From NCBI RefSeq assembly GCF_049337375.1, contig NZ_JBMPIV010000001.1: 64,000 bases of DNA. The stretch is one strand, 5' to 3'. The stretch comes from Nannocystis pusilla. Lineage in GTDB: Bacteria > Myxococcota_A > Polyangia > Nannocystales > Nannocystaceae. Below the pieces are notes generated by a model. That model was not told the DNA's origin, made no database searches, and worked only from the letters and a program-made list of their open reading frames with translations. This document shows, piece after piece, positions 62,867 to 64,000 of the stretch. Positions within the stretch are counted from its first letter, which is position 1, and each line of letters begins with the position of its first letter. A program made the translations under genes and the position numbers.

Positions 62867-64000
62867 TCACGGGTCGTGCTGCAGATAGCTCGGCTGCCGC
62901 GGCAGGCGCAGGCTGACGAGGGCGGTGAGGACCATCATCGCGCTGACGTACCAGAAGAACGACGTCTCGTGGCCGAGCGACTTGAGGGCCAGGGCCACGT
63001 ACTCGGCCGAGCCGCCGAAGATCGCGTTGGCCACCGCGTAGGCGAGGCCGACCCCGAGCGCGCGCACCTCCGGCGGGAACATCTCGGCTTTGACGATGCC
63101 GCTGATCGAGGTGTAGAGGCTCACGATCGCCAGCGCAGCGAGGATCAGCAAGAAGGCCGTCACCGGGCTGGTGGTGCGCTGCAGGGCGGTCAGGATCGGC
63201 ACCGTGGCCACCGCGCCGAGGCTGCCGAACAGCAGCATGCAGGTGCGCCGGCCGATCCGGTCCGACAGCGCGCCGAAGGCCGGCTGCAGGCACATGTAGA
63301 CGAACAGCGCGCCGGTCATCACGTAGCTGGCGGTCCGGATCGGCAAGTGGACCGTGTTGACCAGGTACTTCTGCATGTACGTGGTGAACGTGTAGAAGAA
63401 CAGCGAGCCGCCGGCGGTGTAGCCGAGCACGGTCAGGAACGCGGCGCGGTGGTGACGGAGCAGGCCCATCACGCTGCCGGCCTCGGCGTCGGCCTTGGCC
63501 GCGGCGCTCTGCGTCTCGTGCAGGGTGCGGCGGAGCAGCAGGGCGACCACCGCCGCCACTGCGCCGAGGACGAACGGGATCCGCCAGCCCCAGGCCTTGA
63601 GCTCGGCCTCACTGAGCAGGTGCTCGAGCACGACCAGCGTGAGCACCGCGAGCAGCTGGCCGCCGATCAGCGTGACGTACTGGAACGAGGAGAAGAAGCC
63701 GCGCCGACCCTTGAGCGCGACCTCGCTCATGTACGTGGCGGTGGTGCCGTACTCGCCGCCGACCGAGAGGCCCTGGAACAGCCGGCACACCAGCAGCAAG
63801 AACGGGGCCCACATGCCGATCTGCGCGTAGGTGGGCAGGCAGGCGATCACCAGCGAGCCGGCGCACATCATCATGACCGACAGCAGCATCGAGGTCTTGC
63901 GACCCAGACGATCGGCGATCCGCCCGAACAACCAGCCGCCGATCGGCCGCATCAAGAAGCCGGCCGCGAACACGCCGGCGGTGTTGAGCAGCTGCGCGGT
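62867..64000 (-). CDS. MFS transporter (metabolite:H+ symporter, KgtP/ProP-like), N-terminus beyond window end
   Basis: MHS-family motifs (..[14 protein letters not shown].., ..[21 protein letters not shown]..). ORF runs to the window edge. Confidence 0.8.
   Translation of the reverse strand, partial: TAQLLNTAGVFAAGFLMRPIGGWLFGRIADRLGRKTSMLLSVMMMCAGSLVIACLPTYAQIGMWAPFLLLVCRLFQGLSVGGEYGTTATYMSEVALKGRRGFFSSFQYVTLIGGQLLAVLTLVVLEHLLSEAELKAWGWRIPFVLGAVAAVVALLLRRTLHETQSAAAKADAEAGSVMGLLRHHRAAFLTVLGYTAGGSLFFYTFTTYMQKYLVNTVHLPIRTASYVMTGALFVYMCLQPAFGALSDRIGRRTCMLLFGSLGAVATVPILTALQRTTSPVTAFLLILAALAIVSLYTSISGIVKAEMFPPEVRALGVGLAYAVANAIFGGSAEYVALALKSLGHETSFFWYVSAMMVLTALVSLRLPRQPSYLQHDP

Overview
High-GC (about 70%) bacterial chromosomal segment. 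Gene content and the abundance of lipoproteins suggest a Myxococcota-like genome; that assignment is an inference. Conserved housekeeping genes are trpD(partial)-trpC-trpF, typA/bipA, rlmE, rplC, tatD, gcvT-gcvH, pcm, nadE and a prs-like gene. They sit among many predicted lipoproteins and secreted proteins: an LDL-receptor-class-A-like repeat lipoprotein, an OmpA protein with thrombospondin-type-3 Ca-binding repeats, a CAP/SCP lipoprotein, an M28 peptidase, an HExxH lipoprotein and a di-haem cytochrome c peroxidase family protein. Also present are a large hybrid histidine kinase with two kinase cores, an ECF sigma factor fused to an anti-sigma-like domain, a Tat-exported TldD with PmbA, an arsR-SRPBCC pair and a TetR-AKR pair. 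Start codons were placed by counting from the supplied ORF coordinates, using signal peptides or conserved N-termini and ATGA/GTGA start-stop overlaps.

The most striking non-genic signal is a dispersed family of short tandem arrays with a strict 14-bp period around a CATG core. The unit consensus is roughly GGRCATGTYCNRAR; GGACATGTCC and GGGCATGTTC are common cores. These arrays occur in almost every intergenic region, with about 30 arrays seen. They are also inserted in-frame inside several genes, where they encode DMSR/EHVP-like peptide inserts and, in one anti-sigma domain, a 12-aa tandem repeat. There are also two longer tandem repeat arrays (65 bp x ~4 and ~67 bp x ~6), a low-GC island carrying a trypsin-like protease, and a 1.1-kb region with no supported gene.

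The best candidates for an undescribed system are two. The first is a tightly overlapped five-gene operon: AAA+ ATPase, two unknowns, an IucA/IucC-family synthetase and a divergent Prs-like phosphoribosyl-pyrophosphokinase (49150-54298, minus strand). The second is a TAXI-type solute-binding domain fused to an ion-channel pore and RCK domains, with a separate RCK gene (55278-58564). No rRNA, tRNA or CRISPR was recognised.
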